Positions 39,658 through 48,497 of a DNA stretch of 64,000 bases are shown here, one piece after another. Under the pieces are notes generated by a model, which ran no database searches, was not told the DNA's origin, and saw only the letters and a program-made list of their open reading frames with translations. A program made the position numbers and the translations under genes. This DNA is from a phage. Where the stretch lies: the NCBI GenBank assembly GCA_021469345.1, contig GCA_021469345.1_3049.1; one strand, 5' to 3'. Each line of letters begins with the position of its first letter. The stretch's first letter is position 1.

Positions 39658-40020
39658 ATGAAAGCATATCAAATTCTTGAAGGCACACACAAAGGTACTA
39701 TTTATTTTGAACACGGTATTCAAGCACGAATTATTGTCTCTAAAACCTTTAAAGAGGACTCTTTTGTAGACCCAGAAATTTTCTACGGTTTGCATGCCCG
39801 TGAAATTGAAATTGAGCAACAGCCTACAGTTAAAATTGAAGGTGGTCAACACCTGAACGTTAACGTTCTGCGTCGTGAAACTCTGGAAGATGCAGTTAAG
39901 CATCCGGAAAAATATCCGCAGCTGACCATCCGTGTATCCGGTTATGCAGTTCGCTTTAACTCTCTGACTCCGGAACAGCAGCGCGACGTTATCGCTCGTA
40001 CCTTTACCGAGAGTTTGTAA
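39658..40020 (+). CDS. Autonomous glycyl radical cofactor (GrcA/YfiD-like)
   Basis: C-terminal about 60 aa ([62 protein letters not shown]) carry the RVSGY glycyl-radical signature and match E. coli GrcA as I remember it; N-terminal part unrelated. Confidence 0.85.
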   Translation: MKAYQILEGTHKGTIYFEHGIQARIIVSKTFKEDSFVDPEIFYGLHAREIEIEQQPTVKIEGGQHLNVNVLRRETLEDAVKHPEKYPQLTIRVSGYAVRFNSLTPEQQRDVIARTFTESL

Positions 40021-40241
40021 TGGCAAAGATAATTATTGAAGGTTCTGAAGATGTGCTAAATGCTTTCGCCGAATGGTTTAGTAATTCAGGCGAACAGCAA
40101 TTTAACGAAGCATGGAACATGGGTGATATTAATGGAATTTATCCTACTACAGAAATTTCTGTTCAGGGATATGGCATTCATGAACCTATTCGTTTAGTTG
40201 AATACGATTTATGTACTGGTGAGGAAGTCAAATATGATTGA
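40020..40241 (+). CDS. Hypothetical small acidic protein
   Basis: 73 aa ORF tightly coupled to the preceding gene. Confidence 0.45.
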   Translation: MAKIIIEGSEDVLNAFAEWFSNSGEQQFNEAWNMGDINGIYPTTEISVQGYGIHEPIRLVEYDLCTGEEVKYD

Positions 40242-40500
40242 AGATATTAAAGGTTATAAGCCACATACCGACGAAAAAATCGGTAAAGTAAATGCTATTA
40301 AAGACGCTGAAGTTCGTTTAGGACTTATCTTTGATGCTTTATACGATGAATTTTGGGAAGCATTTGATAGCTGTGAAGATGATGAACTCGCGAAGAATTA
40401 CGCCGAAAGCCTCGATCAGTTAACTATTGCTAAAACGAAACTCAAAGAAGCCAGTATGTGGGCTTGCCGTGCAGTGTTTCAACCAGAGGAAAAATACTAA
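40234..40500 (+). CDS. Hypothetical small acidic helical protein (vs.4 / Acb2-like position, unverified)
   Basis: About 88 aa from the ATG after SD GAGGAAG; acidic; positional inference only. Confidence 0.45.
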   Translation: MIEDIKGYKPHTDEKIGKVNAIKDAEVRLGLIFDALYDEFWEAFDSCEDDELAKNYAESLDQLTIAKTKLKEASMWACRAVFQPEEKY

Positions 40501-40778
40501 TGGCTCAATTAAGCGCAGGGTTTGGTTATGAGTATTATACTGCCCCTCGTCGTGTATCTGTTGCTCCTAAGAAAATTCAAAGTCTTGATGACTTCCAGGA
40601 AGTAGTTCGTAACGCTTTCCAGGACTATGCACGTTATCTTAAAGAAGATTCACAGGACTGTCTCGAAGAAGATGAAATTGCTTACTATGAGCAGCGTCTT
40701 GAACAGCTCAAAAATCTACATGAGGTTCGTGCAGAAGTTTCAAAGTCTATGAATAAATTGATTAGATTTAAAGAATAA
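40500..40778 (+). CDS. Hypothetical protein
   Basis: About 92 aa from [13 protein letters not shown]; TAATG overlap with the upstream gene. Confidence 0.45.
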   Translation: MAQLSAGFGYEYYTAPRRVSVAPKKIQSLDDFQEVVRNAFQDYARYLKEDSQDCLEEDEIAYYEQRLEQLKNLHEVRAEVSKSMNKLIRFKE

Positions 40779-40812
40779 CTGTTTACTTTTCCTCTTGACT
40801 GTGGTATAATTT
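40770..40812 (+). promoter_or_regulatory. Early promoter for regB
   Basis: GTTTAC at 40781, perfect TATAAT at 40805-40810. Confidence 0.6.
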
Positions 40813-40837
40813 TTCTATCAGTTAAGAGGAGAATAAC

Positions 40838-41299
40838 ATGACTATCAATACAGAAGTTTTTATCCGTCGAAATAAGCTTCGTCGTCACTTTGAGTCGGAG
40901 TTTCGTCAAATTAACAATGAGATTCGTGAGGCATCAAAAGCAGCAGGGGTCTCATCGTTTCATCTAAAATATTCTCAACATCTTCTTGATCGCGCAATTC
41001 AACGGGAGATTGATGAGACATACGTTTTTGAATTATTCCATAAAATAAAAGACCATGTTTTAGAAGTTAATGAATTCCTGAGTATGCCTCCGCGTCCTGA
41101 CATTGACGAGGATTTTATTGATGGGGTTGAATATCGTCCTGGACGTTTAGAAATCACAGATGGAAATCTTTGGCTTGGATTTACAGTTTGTAAGCCTAAT
41201 GAGAAGTTCAAAAACCCGTCACTTCAATGCAGGATGGCAATTATCAATAGTCGTCGTTTACCAGGAAAGGCTTCTAAAGCAGTAATTAAAACTCAATGA
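40838..41299 (+). CDS. regB: Endoribonuclease RegB
   Basis: 153 aa as in T4 RegB; basic N-terminus MTINTEVFIRRNKLRRHFESEFRQ; early promoter upstream. Confidence 0.85.
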   Translation: MTINTEVFIRRNKLRRHFESEFRQINNEIREASKAAGVSSFHLKYSQHLLDRAIQREIDETYVFELFHKIKDHVLEVNEFLSMPPRPDIDEDFIDGVEYRPGRLEITDGNLWLGFTVCKPNEKFKNPSLQCRMAIINSRRLPGKASKAVIKTQ

Positions 41300-41306
41300 G
41301 GTAAGC

Positions 41307-41852
41307 ATGAGAAAAGCACTACTCGCTGGTCTATTGGCCATTTCAATGATGGCACATAGCTCCGAGCATACTTTCAGTAATGTCCAACTCGATAACATGC
41401 GTTACGCATATCAATTCGGGGAACAATTTTCTAAGGATGGAAAATATAAAACACATAAAAATATCCACAAGAGCGGATTAGGTCATATAATGGCTGCTAT
41501 TTTATGGCAAGAAAGCTCTGGCGGAGTTAATTTAAAATCTAAACCAAAGCATCACGCTTATGGAATGTTCCAAAATTATTTGCCTACTATGCGAGCAAGA
41601 GTTAAGGAACTTGGTTATAATATGACCGATGCTGAAATAAAAAGAATGTTGAATAAACGATCCAATTCAGCTTCCTGGGCGTACATTGAACTTTCTTATT
41701 GGTTAAATATACATAAGGGCGATATAAGAAAAGCAATATCCTCTTATAATTCGGGATGGAATGTTAAAGCTGGTTCTAAATATGCTTCTGAAGTCCTAGA
41801 AAAGGCTAATTACCTTAAAAATAATAAACTTTTGGAAATAGTAAATGACTAA
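41307..41852 (+). CDS. Secreted protein with signal peptide (vs.1-like)
   Basis: 181 aa; MRKALLAGLLAISMMAHS signal peptide; between regB and vs. Confidence 0.6.
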   Translation: MRKALLAGLLAISMMAHSSEHTFSNVQLDNMRYAYQFGEQFSKDGKYKTHKNIHKSGLGHIMAAILWQESSGGVNLKSKPKHHAYGMFQNYLPTMRARVKELGYNMTDAEIKRMLNKRSNSASWAYIELSYWLNIHKGDIRKAISSYNSGWNVKAGSKYASEVLEKANYLKNNKLLEIVND

Positions 41853-42192
41853 AATTTTGGTTTTATGTATAGGATTAATTTCATTTTCTGCTTCTGCGTC
41901 AGCAGATACATCATATACTGAAATTAGAGAATATGTAAACCGCACTGCGGCAGATTATTGTGGGAAAAATAAAGCATGCCAAGCTGAATTTGCACAGAAA
42001 TTAATATATGCATATAAAGACGGAGAAAGAGATAAATCAAGCAGATACAAAAACGATACATTATTAAAACGATATGCTAAAAAGTGGAATACCTTAGAAT
42101 GTTCAGTTGCGGAGGAGAAAGATAAAGCCGCTTGTCATTCAATGGTTGACCGTTTGGTAGATTCTTATAATCGAGGATTGAGTACTAGATGA
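41845..42192 (+). CDS. vs: Secreted protein, Vs-like (valyl-tRNA synthetase modifier position)
   Basis: 115 aa with signal peptide MTKILVLCIGLISFSASASA; T4 vs is of similar size and location. Confidence 0.55.
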   Translation: MTKILVLCIGLISFSASASADTSYTEIREYVNRTAADYCGKNKACQAEFAQKLIYAYKDGERDKSSRYKNDTLLKRYAKKWNTLECSVAEEKDKAACHSMVDRLVDSYNRGLSTR

Positions 42193-42668
42193 TTGTAAAA
42201 TATATCAAGGGCGATATTGTCGCCCTCTTTCTTGAAGGTAATATTATTGCGCACGGGTGCAATTGTTTTCATACAATGGGCAGTGGTGTAGCTGGTCAAT
42301 TAGCAAGAGCCTATCCCAAAATTTTAGAAATAGATAAAACCACTACCGAGTACGGTTCTCGTGATAAATTAGGCGATATGTCTATTGTTTTTAAACATAA
42401 ACCTAATGGTTTTGGCATATGTTATAACTTGTATACGCAATACGAACCAGGTCCTAATCTTGATTATGGTGCTTTAGTAAACTGCATGATAGAATTAAAT
42501 CTACAGGCAGAAACCCTTTTGTTTAAACCAGTAATTTACATTCCACGCATAGGTTGTGGTATTGCTGGCGGCGATTGGGATAAGGTTTCTAAATTAATCG
42601 ACATGTTTACTCCTGATATTGATTTAATAGTGGTGGATTATGAAAGTACATTACCCACATCCGTTTGA
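42189..42668 (+). CDS. Macro-domain (ADP-ribose binding/processing) protein
   Basis: 159 aa; KGDIVALF...IIAHGCNCFHTMGSGVAGQLA and IYIPRIGCGIAGGDW resemble the macro-domain motifs GDIT...N.AN...GGGV and the distal G-x-G loop. Confidence 0.65.
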   Translation: MIVKYIKGDIVALFLEGNIIAHGCNCFHTMGSGVAGQLARAYPKILEIDKTTTEYGSRDKLGDMSIVFKHKPNGFGICYNLYTQYEPGPNLDYGALVNCMIELNLQAETLLFKPVIYIPRIGCGIAGGDWDKVSKLIDMFTPDIDLIVVDYESTLPTSV

Positions 42669-42852
42669 TCCTAAAAACAAAGTGGAAATTATTCGTCAAT
42701 GGGAACGCATTTGCCGTACTAAATGCCCAATTAATAGTCCACATGATGTAGATAAAGACTACATTGGAACATTCGTTGAATATACCTTTATTGATAAGAA
42801 AGGTCGTAAACAACATGTAGAAGAATATTGCTTAAAGGTTACATGGTTATGA
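42640..42852 (+). CDS. Hypothetical protein
   Basis: 70 aa ORF overlapping its neighbours. Confidence 0.4.
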   Translation: MKVHYPHPFDPKNKVEIIRQWERICRTKCPINSPHDVDKDYIGTFVEYTFIDKKGRKQHVEEYCLKVTWL

Positions 42853-43055
42853 GCCAAACTAGTATTCTTAAAAATGCCCATTGTGAAAAGTGTAAGTGGC
42901 CGGTTGTTTTTGCTTTATGCAACGATGAAATGGCTTGTGATTTCGATTATTGGTGCTATTGTTCTAATAAAGGATGTATCAATCATAAAGGTGAAGGATT
43001 TTATTCGGGATTTTATCCTTATCCAGATTTCGTTAAAGAAGGTAAACCAAAATGA
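42849..43055 (+). CDS. Cys-rich small protein (putative zinc-binding)
   Basis: About 68 aa with CEKC...C...C..C.C..C..H spacing. Confidence 0.45.
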   Translation: MSQTSILKNAHCEKCKWPVVFALCNDEMACDFDYWCYCSNKGCINHKGEGFYSGFYPYPDFVKEGKPK

Positions 43056-43225
43056 ATAGTTTTGAGTTACAATACGAAGTGTTACGTGAGCTTGATAATT
43101 TAATTGAACTCGCTGTTAATAAAGGTTTTGCCATTGGAATCGGTCAAAAAGATACTGGTCATTTAACTATGGAAATATTTAAGCAAAAGCGAATTATTTT
43201 AAAACTCCTGGAAATTAATATATGA
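43052..43225 (+). CDS. Small hypothetical protein
   Basis: 57 aa ORF with ATGA overlaps on both sides. Confidence 0.4.
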   Translation: MNSFELQYEVLRELDNLIELAVNKGFAIGIGQKDTGHLTMEIFKQKRIILKLLEINI

Positions 43226-43407
43226 GTCTGAGTAAAGAACAAAAAGATAAATTGTTTGAGCTTATCCATGAACTTCTAGATGAGCATACAGAAGCAAACA
43301 CCTTTTATGATGAATACGGCCCGTTATCTCCCGAACAGCAGGAAGAATTTGCTGATCGGTTTGATAAGAAAGAAAATGAATTAATAACTTATGTGAATAC
43401 GCTTTAA
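43222..43407 (+). CDS. Small hypothetical acidic protein
   Basis: 61 aa ORF. Confidence 0.4.
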   Translation: MSLSKEQKDKLFELIHELLDEHTEANTFYDEYGPLSPEQQEEFADRFDKKENELITYVNTL

Positions 43408-43416
43408 GAAGGTGAT

Positions 43417-43998
43417 ATGGCGAGTTTAATTTTTACTTATGCAGCAATGAATGCTGGAAAATCTGCTTCTCTTTTGACTGCCGCACATAATTATAAAGAA
43501 CGTGGAATGAGTGTATTAGTTCTTAAACCCGCTATTGATACTCGCGATTCTGTCTGTGAAGTCGTTTCTCGCATTGGAATTAAGCAGGAAGCGAATATTA
43601 TTACAGATGATATGGATATTTTCGAGTTCTATAAATGGGCTGAAGCACAAAAAGATATTCATTGTGTATTTGTAGATGAAGCTCAGTTTTTAAAAACTGA
43701 ACAAGTGCATCAATTGAGCCGAATTGTTGATACATATAATGTTCCTGTTATGGCTTATGGATTAAGGACTGATTTCGCTGGAAAATTATTTGAAGGTTCT
43801 AAAGAACTTTTGGCGATTGCAGATAAACTTATTGAACTAAAGGCAGTTTGTCATTGCGGTAAAAAAGCGATTATGACAGCTCGATTAATGGAAGATGGAA
43901 CACCAGTTAAAGAAGGTAATCAAATCTGTATTGGTGATGAAATTTATGTTTCTTTGTGTAGAAAACATTGGAATGAATTAACTAAAAAGCTCGGTTAG
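43417..43998 (+). CDS. tk: Thymidine kinase
   Basis: 193 aa; P-loop AMNAGKS; C-terminal zinc knuckle CHCGKK...C; matches T4 Tk in length. Confidence 0.92.
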   Translation: MASLIFTYAAMNAGKSASLLTAAHNYKERGMSVLVLKPAIDTRDSVCEVVSRIGIKQEANIITDDMDIFEFYKWAEAQKDIHCVFVDEAQFLKTEQVHQLSRIVDTYNVPVMAYGLRTDFAGKLFEGSKELLAIADKLIELKAVCHCGKKAIMTARLMEDGTPVKEGNQICIGDEIYVSLCRKHWNELTKKLG

Positions 43999-44007
43999 TG
44001 CAAAAGT

Positions 44008-44015
44008 TATAAATA
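44008..44015 (+). promoter_or_regulatory. Late promoter upstream of the rI.1-like ORF and rI
   Basis: Exact TATAAATA after the tk stop. Confidence 0.5.
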
Positions 44016-44040
44016 GGTTTATCTAACTAAAGGGGTATAT

Positions 44041-44205
44041 ATGCTACAATTAACTGAAAAGCAACTTCGCAATCTTACTGTGCTTCAATTAGATGAAATT
44101 CGTAGGGAAGTTGGAAATATCATTTCAGCTTTGCGTCGAGAAGTATCACTCAACCAATCTCCGGCAGACTATACTAGATTGCGAAATTTTGAAAAATTAC
44201 CTTGA
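44041..44205 (+). CDS. Small hypothetical protein (rI.1-like position)
   Basis: 54 aa ORF with SD AAAGGGG, preceded by TATAAATA at 44008. Confidence 0.4.
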
Positions 44206-44266
44206 TAAAGTTAAGGCCGTGCATCGGCATAAAGTAAATACAGGACAAAAATGATAGGAGGCCTTT

Positions 44267-44560
44267 ATGGCCTTAAAAGCAACGGCACTTTTTGCCATGC
44301 TAGGATTGTCATTTGTTTTATCTCCATCGATTGAAGCGAATGTCGATCCTCATTTTGATAAATTTATGGAATCTGGTATTAGACATGTTTATATGCTTTT
44401 TGAAAATAAAAGCGTAGAATCATCTGAACAGTTCTATAGTTTTATGAGAACGACCTATAAAAATGACCCGTGCTCTTCTGATTTTGAATGTATAGAACGA
44501 GGCGCGGAGATGGCACAATCATACGCTAGAATTATGAACATTAAATTGGAGACTGAATGA
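44267..44560 (+). CDS. rI: Lysis inhibition regulator RI (periplasmic antiholin)
   Basis: 97 aa; N-terminal signal-anchor MALKATALFAMLGLSFVLSPSIEA recognised as T4 RI. Confidence 0.85.
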   Translation: MALKATALFAMLGLSFVLSPSIEANVDPHFDKFMESGIRHVYMLFENKSVESSEQFYSFMRTTYKNDPCSSDFECIERGAEMAQSYARIMNIKLETE

Positions 44561-44943
44561 AATTCAGCGACTTTTCACAAAGTGGAAAACCTTCAAAGGC
44601 AGATGAATACTTAGGTTTATTAATGGCTGCACAAGCTTATTTTCATTCTGCACATTTTGAAACTAAAAATTATGCTAGACACAAAGCATACGATTTTATT
44701 TTCTCCGAGTTGCCAGATTTGATTGATAAATTTGGTGAGCAATATTTGGGGTATTCTGGTAGAAAATACACACCTTCAATTCCAGATGCTAGTAAACTTC
44801 CTACCGACACAATTAAAATGATTGATCGCATACTAGACCAATCTAACAGCATTTATAAAGAAATGCCTCCAGCCATCCAAAGCACGATAGATGATATTAC
44901 TGGGATGTTTTACCAGAGTAAGTATCTTCTTTCCCTCGAATAA
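44557..44943 (+). CDS. Hypothetical protein (rI.-1-like position)
   Basis: 128 aa, coupled to rI; followed by a hairpin terminator. Confidence 0.55.
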
Positions 44944-44947
44944 CATT

Positions 44948-44970
44948 AGTCTCCTTCGGGAGACTTTTTT
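44948..44970 (+). terminator. Rho-independent terminator after the rI operon
   Basis: AGTCTCC-TTCG-GGAGACT followed by TTTTTT. Confidence 0.65.
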
Positions 44971-45012
44971 CATTTTACCGGTTTACTTTCCGTTTGAGCT
45001 GTGATACTATAC
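44970..45012 (+). promoter_or_regulatory. Early promoter
   Basis: GTTTAC at 44981, -10 in GTGATACTATAC. Confidence 0.55.
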
Positions 45013-45038
45013 AACCATCGGATAAAGAGGAGAACATC

Positions 45039-45227
45039 ATGAAAATTGAAGCACTTAATCAAGAAGGAAATATCTACGTCATCATTAATGGTGATTTTTT
45101 CGTCGACATGGATGAAGTTACTAGTGAAGAACTTGTAGAACTTCTTAAGAAACGTTATAATATGTGTGATGAAGTTGCAACTCATATGGCGTGTGCAATA
45201 TTCTCTCTTTCATATGTGGTGGAATAA
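45039..45227 (+). CDS. Small hypothetical protein
   Basis: About 62 aa from the ATG after SD AGGAG; downstream of an early promoter. Confidence 0.4.
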
Positions 45228-45409
45228 TGATTAGTATCGAACAAGCTGATAAAATTAAGGAATTGGTAGCTTTAATTCGTAAAGCAGACGAGGAGCGCAT
45301 TAACTTTGCCTTATCAGGTATTGAAGAACTTGAAGCTAAAGTTGATAATGCTTTAGAAGCGTTAGATATGTTTCTTGATGAAATTATCGATCATAATACG
45401 AGAGTTTAA
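45227..45409 (+). CDS. Small hypothetical protein
   Basis: About 60 aa, TAATG-coupled. Confidence 0.4.
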   Translation: MISIEQADKIKELVALIRKADEERINFALSGIEELEAKVDNALEALDMFLDEIIDHNTRV

Positions 45410-45411
45410 TT

Positions 45412-45606
45412 ATGCTAACACGTGAACAGTTTGAAAAAATCATTAAATTAGCACGTGATATTGAAATAGATTCATACCAATTAGCAGTTGAGCATTGTGA
45501 AGGATATTCATACGATGGTATAGAATCAGCTAAAAAGGATTTGGATAAATCTAAAGCTAAGTTAGTTCAATATCTTGAAATGATTAGGTGGAACAATGAA
45601 AACTGA
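45412..45606 (+). CDS. Small hypothetical protein
   Basis: 64 aa ORF. Confidence 0.4.
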   Translation: MLTREQFEKIIKLARDIEIDSYQLAVEHCEGYSYDGIESAKKDLDKSKAKLVQYLEMIRWNNEN

Positions 45607-45769
45607 AAAGCAGATGTTTTTAATGAAGCTAATTGAAGAATATGCTAATGCAGTTTCTGACTATGAGTATTCTGCTCGGGAAAGAGGTATAGCTTTCGCC
45701 AAAGAAGAAATGAAAATCATGGTTGATGCTCACACAAAGCTTCAGAATTTTATTGAAAACGTCATTTAA
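45596..45769 (+). CDS. Small hypothetical protein
   Basis: 57 aa ORF overlapping the upstream stop. Confidence 0.35.
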   Translation: MKTEKQMFLMKLIEEYANAVSDYEYSARERGIAFAKEEMKIMVDAHTKLQNFIENVI

Positions 45770-45803
45770 CAGTTTACAAGTTGGCAAGGTTATGGTATAG
45801 TAA
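45762..45803 (+). promoter_or_regulatory. Early promoter
   Basis: GTTTAC at 45772, -10 in GGTATAGTAAT. Confidence 0.5.
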
Positions 45804-45933
45804 TCTTGTCAACTGCCAAGGAGAAGAGAATGAAAGTTTTGTTTGTTGTGTATGTGATGATTCAATATAATTACCCAATGTTTACTTATAATCTGGTGAA
45901 CAACATTATTGATATTATTCAAAGGAGTATGTA

Positions 45934-46119
45934 ATGACAAGTGAGCAGGCTTTTAAATTAAGAGAATTAATTGAGACGTATAGTAAAGCTGTTCATACAT
46001 CAACAATTATTGATGAATCAGCTTTCTCCGGACATGCTAACAAGATTAAATACAAAACTCTTATGGAAGAAGCTAAAGTAAATCTTGATTCTTATATTGA
46101 AACTTTAATTGGTGAATAA
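45934..46119 (+). CDS. Small hypothetical protein
   Basis: 61 aa ORF downstream of an early promoter. Confidence 0.4.
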   Translation: MTSEQAFKLRELIETYSKAVHTSTIIDESAFSGHANKIKYKTLMEEAKVNLDSYIETLIGE

Positions 46120-46120
46120 C

Positions 46121-46387
46121 ATGGGCTTTCCTAAATTAGAAGTAGGTGATTTGGTCTTAACAAAATTATGGAATGGTGTTCAATCAGTAGAAATCTGCCA
46201 ATATCGTGGAGCAACAGGTAATTTGATGTACACGATTTATAATCCAGAAATTTTATTAGAGTGTCATTTGGAACGCTTTATAAAAGACACCGATAGTATG
46301 CCGTATAGTGTATCGATTGTACGTAAATCTGATACAAAGGAATATTCTAAAATTTTAGAACAAATTCGTGCCAATAAAAAGGATTAA
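46121..46387 (+). CDS. Hypothetical protein
   Basis: About 88 aa from MGFPKLEVGD. Confidence 0.4.
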   Translation: MGFPKLEVGDLVLTKLWNGVQSVEICQYRGATGNLMYTIYNPEILLECHLERFIKDTDSMPYSVSIVRKSDTKEYSKILEQIRANKKD

Positions 46388-46388
46388 T

Positions 46389-46907
46389 ATGAAACGATTA
46401 GTATTAGAAGTTAGTTCACTTTTTGGTGAATTGGCTATAGAAAAAGTAAATAATATGTATCGTTTGACACAAGAAGACGATATGCTATATTTTACGCCTA
46501 GTGAAATCATTCATTTAACCCAAATTGAAAATCCTTATACTGATAAAATTGTAAGCATTAATGATGAGCATAAAATTCATTTTTATTCTTCATGCCCAGG
46601 ATTTAATATTGAAAGCGAGTCAATATGCTTATCAGTTATCCATTGGGATAGTTTTATAGATAAGATTAAATATTTTTATTATTCTAATGAAAGAAAACAT
46701 AGTTTAAAATGGCTCAAAAATTGCAATGCTATTATTACTAACGCTTGCAATCAGAATGATGAAACTATTTTAAATGTGTCAAAATGTTATGAAGAGGGAG
46801 ATGTAGTATCTATTCGTCAAAACAATGGAGAAATTTCATTATCAAAATCAGAAGCTGAAGCTATGATTAAGTATTTAACAACCGTTACGCCTTCAATGAA
46901 AGGATAA
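46389..46907 (+). CDS. Hypothetical protein
   Basis: About 172 aa from MKRLVLEVSS. Confidence 0.45.
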   Translation: MKRLVLEVSSLFGELAIEKVNNMYRLTQEDDMLYFTPSEIIHLTQIENPYTDKIVSINDEHKIHFYSSCPGFNIESESICLSVIHWDSFIDKIKYFYYSNERKHSLKWLKNCNAIITNACNQNDETILNVSKCYEEGDVVSIRQNNGEISLSKSEAEAMIKYLTTVTPSMKG

Positions 46908-46909
46908 TT

Positions 46910-47371
46910 ATGATTATTAATGAAAACTCTTGGCACTATAAATTATTCAAATTGTTTAACGATGAATGGCAACGACCTAAGACGCTGTGCGCATACTTTT
47001 GGTCTATTGTTATCCCTACATTTTTCGTTTCTTTTTTCGGATGTACTATACTCGTAGGTCTAACTATCATCTGCGCAGAAATCATGCAGAAATGGCTTAT
47101 TTTTGGTAGTTTATGGACTCTTATTCCATCAGCATTTATACTTGCTATTTTGCTTGTTTTACTTATTATTGGTTCATTTGTTATTCCTGCACAACTGCAT
47201 GAAAAATATAAAGATTATAAATGGAAAAAGGATTATGCTTTACATGTAGAAAATATTGATAGGGCGTATAAAGGTTTACCTCCTATTCAACCCAAGAAAT
47301 CTATTATCGTCGAATTTTTAAAAGCTCGTAAAGCTAAAGTATGTCCTGTTATTGAATATAAGGCTGAATGA
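46910..47371 (+). CDS. Integral membrane protein
   Basis: 153 aa with two or three hydrophobic helices. Confidence 0.5.
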   Translation: MIINENSWHYKLFKLFNDEWQRPKTLCAYFWSIVIPTFFVSFFGCTILVGLTIICAEIMQKWLIFGSLWTLIPSAFILAILLVLLIIGSFVIPAQLHEKYKDYKWKKDYALHVENIDRAYKGLPPIQPKKSIIVEFLKARKAKVCPVIEYKAE

Positions 47372-48381
47372 TGAAAACAGTAATGAAAAGCTATTTTGGT
47401 AGTTATCTTTATGGAACTTCTACCCCAGAATCTGATGTAGATTTTAAAGAAATCTTTGTTCCTCCTGCTCGTGATATTCTTATTGGAAATGTTAAAGAGC
47501 ACATGAGTAAAAACACTAACAACACATCATCTAAAAACACTAAAGATGATATTGACCATGAACTATACAGTCTTAAATATTTCTTTAAATTAGCAGCAGA
47601 TGGTGAAACTATAGCATTGGATATGCTTCACACTCCACCTGAACTAGTGGTTAAATCTGATTTGCCTGATGTGTGGAAGTTTATTCAAGACAACCGTTCT
47701 CGTTTTTATACGACTAGCATGAAATCATATTTAGGATATGTCCGCAAGCAGGCTTCTAAATACGGTGTCAAGGGTTCTCGTTTGGCTGCATTACGCGATG
47801 TATTGAAAGTAGTTAATCAAATCCCTGAGCAATGGGTTGATTACCAAGAAGACGGTTCCATTAAGCAGCGTCGTACTAAAGTTGAAGATATTAAGCATCG
47901 TCTTCCAGAAAACGAATTCTGTGAATGGGTGTTCCATAATCATGAGAAAACAGGCCCGCAAACGTTCTACACTGTGTTGGGTCGTAAATATCAGACAACG
48001 CTTTCTCTTATTGAGCTTAAGCAGTCACTGAACAAATTAGATGCTGAATATGGTGAACGTGCTCGTAAGGCCGAAGCCAATGAAGGCATTGACTGGAAAG
48101 CTCTGAGTCATGCTTGTCGTGGTGGACTTCAACTATTGGAAATTTACAAAACTGGTGACTTGGTTTATCCACTTCAAGACGCTCCATTTATTCTCGACGT
48201 GAAGTTGGGTAAACATCCATTTAAAACGGTTCAAGAGTTTTTGGAAGATGTGGTTGATCAAGTAGAAGCAGCATCTACTGAAGCTTCTAAGAACGGTATG
48301 CAGCAAAAAGTAGACATGAGTTTCTGGGATGACTTCCTTGAGAAGGTGTATCTCGAAAACCATCGAAGTTATTATAAATGA
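47368..48381 (+). CDS. Pol-beta-superfamily nucleotidyltransferase-like protein
   Basis: 337 aa; N-terminal FGSYLYGTSTPESDVDF resembles the G-S-x(9-13)-D-x-D motif of the minimal nucleotidyltransferase fold; followed by a strong terminator. Confidence 0.6.
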   Translation: MMKTVMKSYFGSYLYGTSTPESDVDFKEIFVPPARDILIGNVKEHMSKNTNNTSSKNTKDDIDHELYSLKYFFKLAADGETIALDMLHTPPELVVKSDLPDVWKFIQDNRSRFYTTSMKSYLGYVRKQASKYGVKGSRLAALRDVLKVVNQIPEQWVDYQEDGSIKQRRTKVEDIKHRLPENEFCEWVFHNHEKTGPQTFYTVLGRKYQTTLSLIELKQSLNKLDAEYGERARKAEANEGIDWKALSHACRGGLQLLEIYKTGDLVYPLQDAPFILDVKLGKHPFKTVQEFLEDVVDQVEAASTEASKNGMQQKVDMSFWDDFLEKVYLENHRSYYK

Positions 48382-48383
48382 TA

Positions 48384-48408
48384 GGGAGCCTTCGGGCTCC
48401 TTTTTTTA
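48384..48408 (+). terminator. Rho-independent terminator after the nucleotidyltransferase-like gene
   Basis: GGGAGCC-TTCG-GGCTCC followed by TTTTTTT. Confidence 0.7.
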
Positions 48409-48414
48409 TTTCAA

Positions 48415-48475
48415 AAATTTTTCACAAAACTGTTTACAAGCATAAAGCTTTATGGTACTATACAACTATCAAAAC
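48415..48475 (+). promoter_or_regulatory. Early promoter cassette
   Basis: TTTTTCACAAAACTGTTTACA plus TGGTACTATACAACTATCAA. Confidence 0.6.
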
Positions 48476-48497
48476 AAACACTTAAACGGAAAACAAA

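Noticed and set aside
47368-48381. Calling the nucleotidyltransferase-like protein a cGAS/DncV-like signalling synthase
   Set aside because: Only the generic G-S...D-x-D N-terminal motif is visible by eye; the same motif occurs in many unrelated nucleotidyltransferases, so a specific assignment is not supportable without profile or structure searches.
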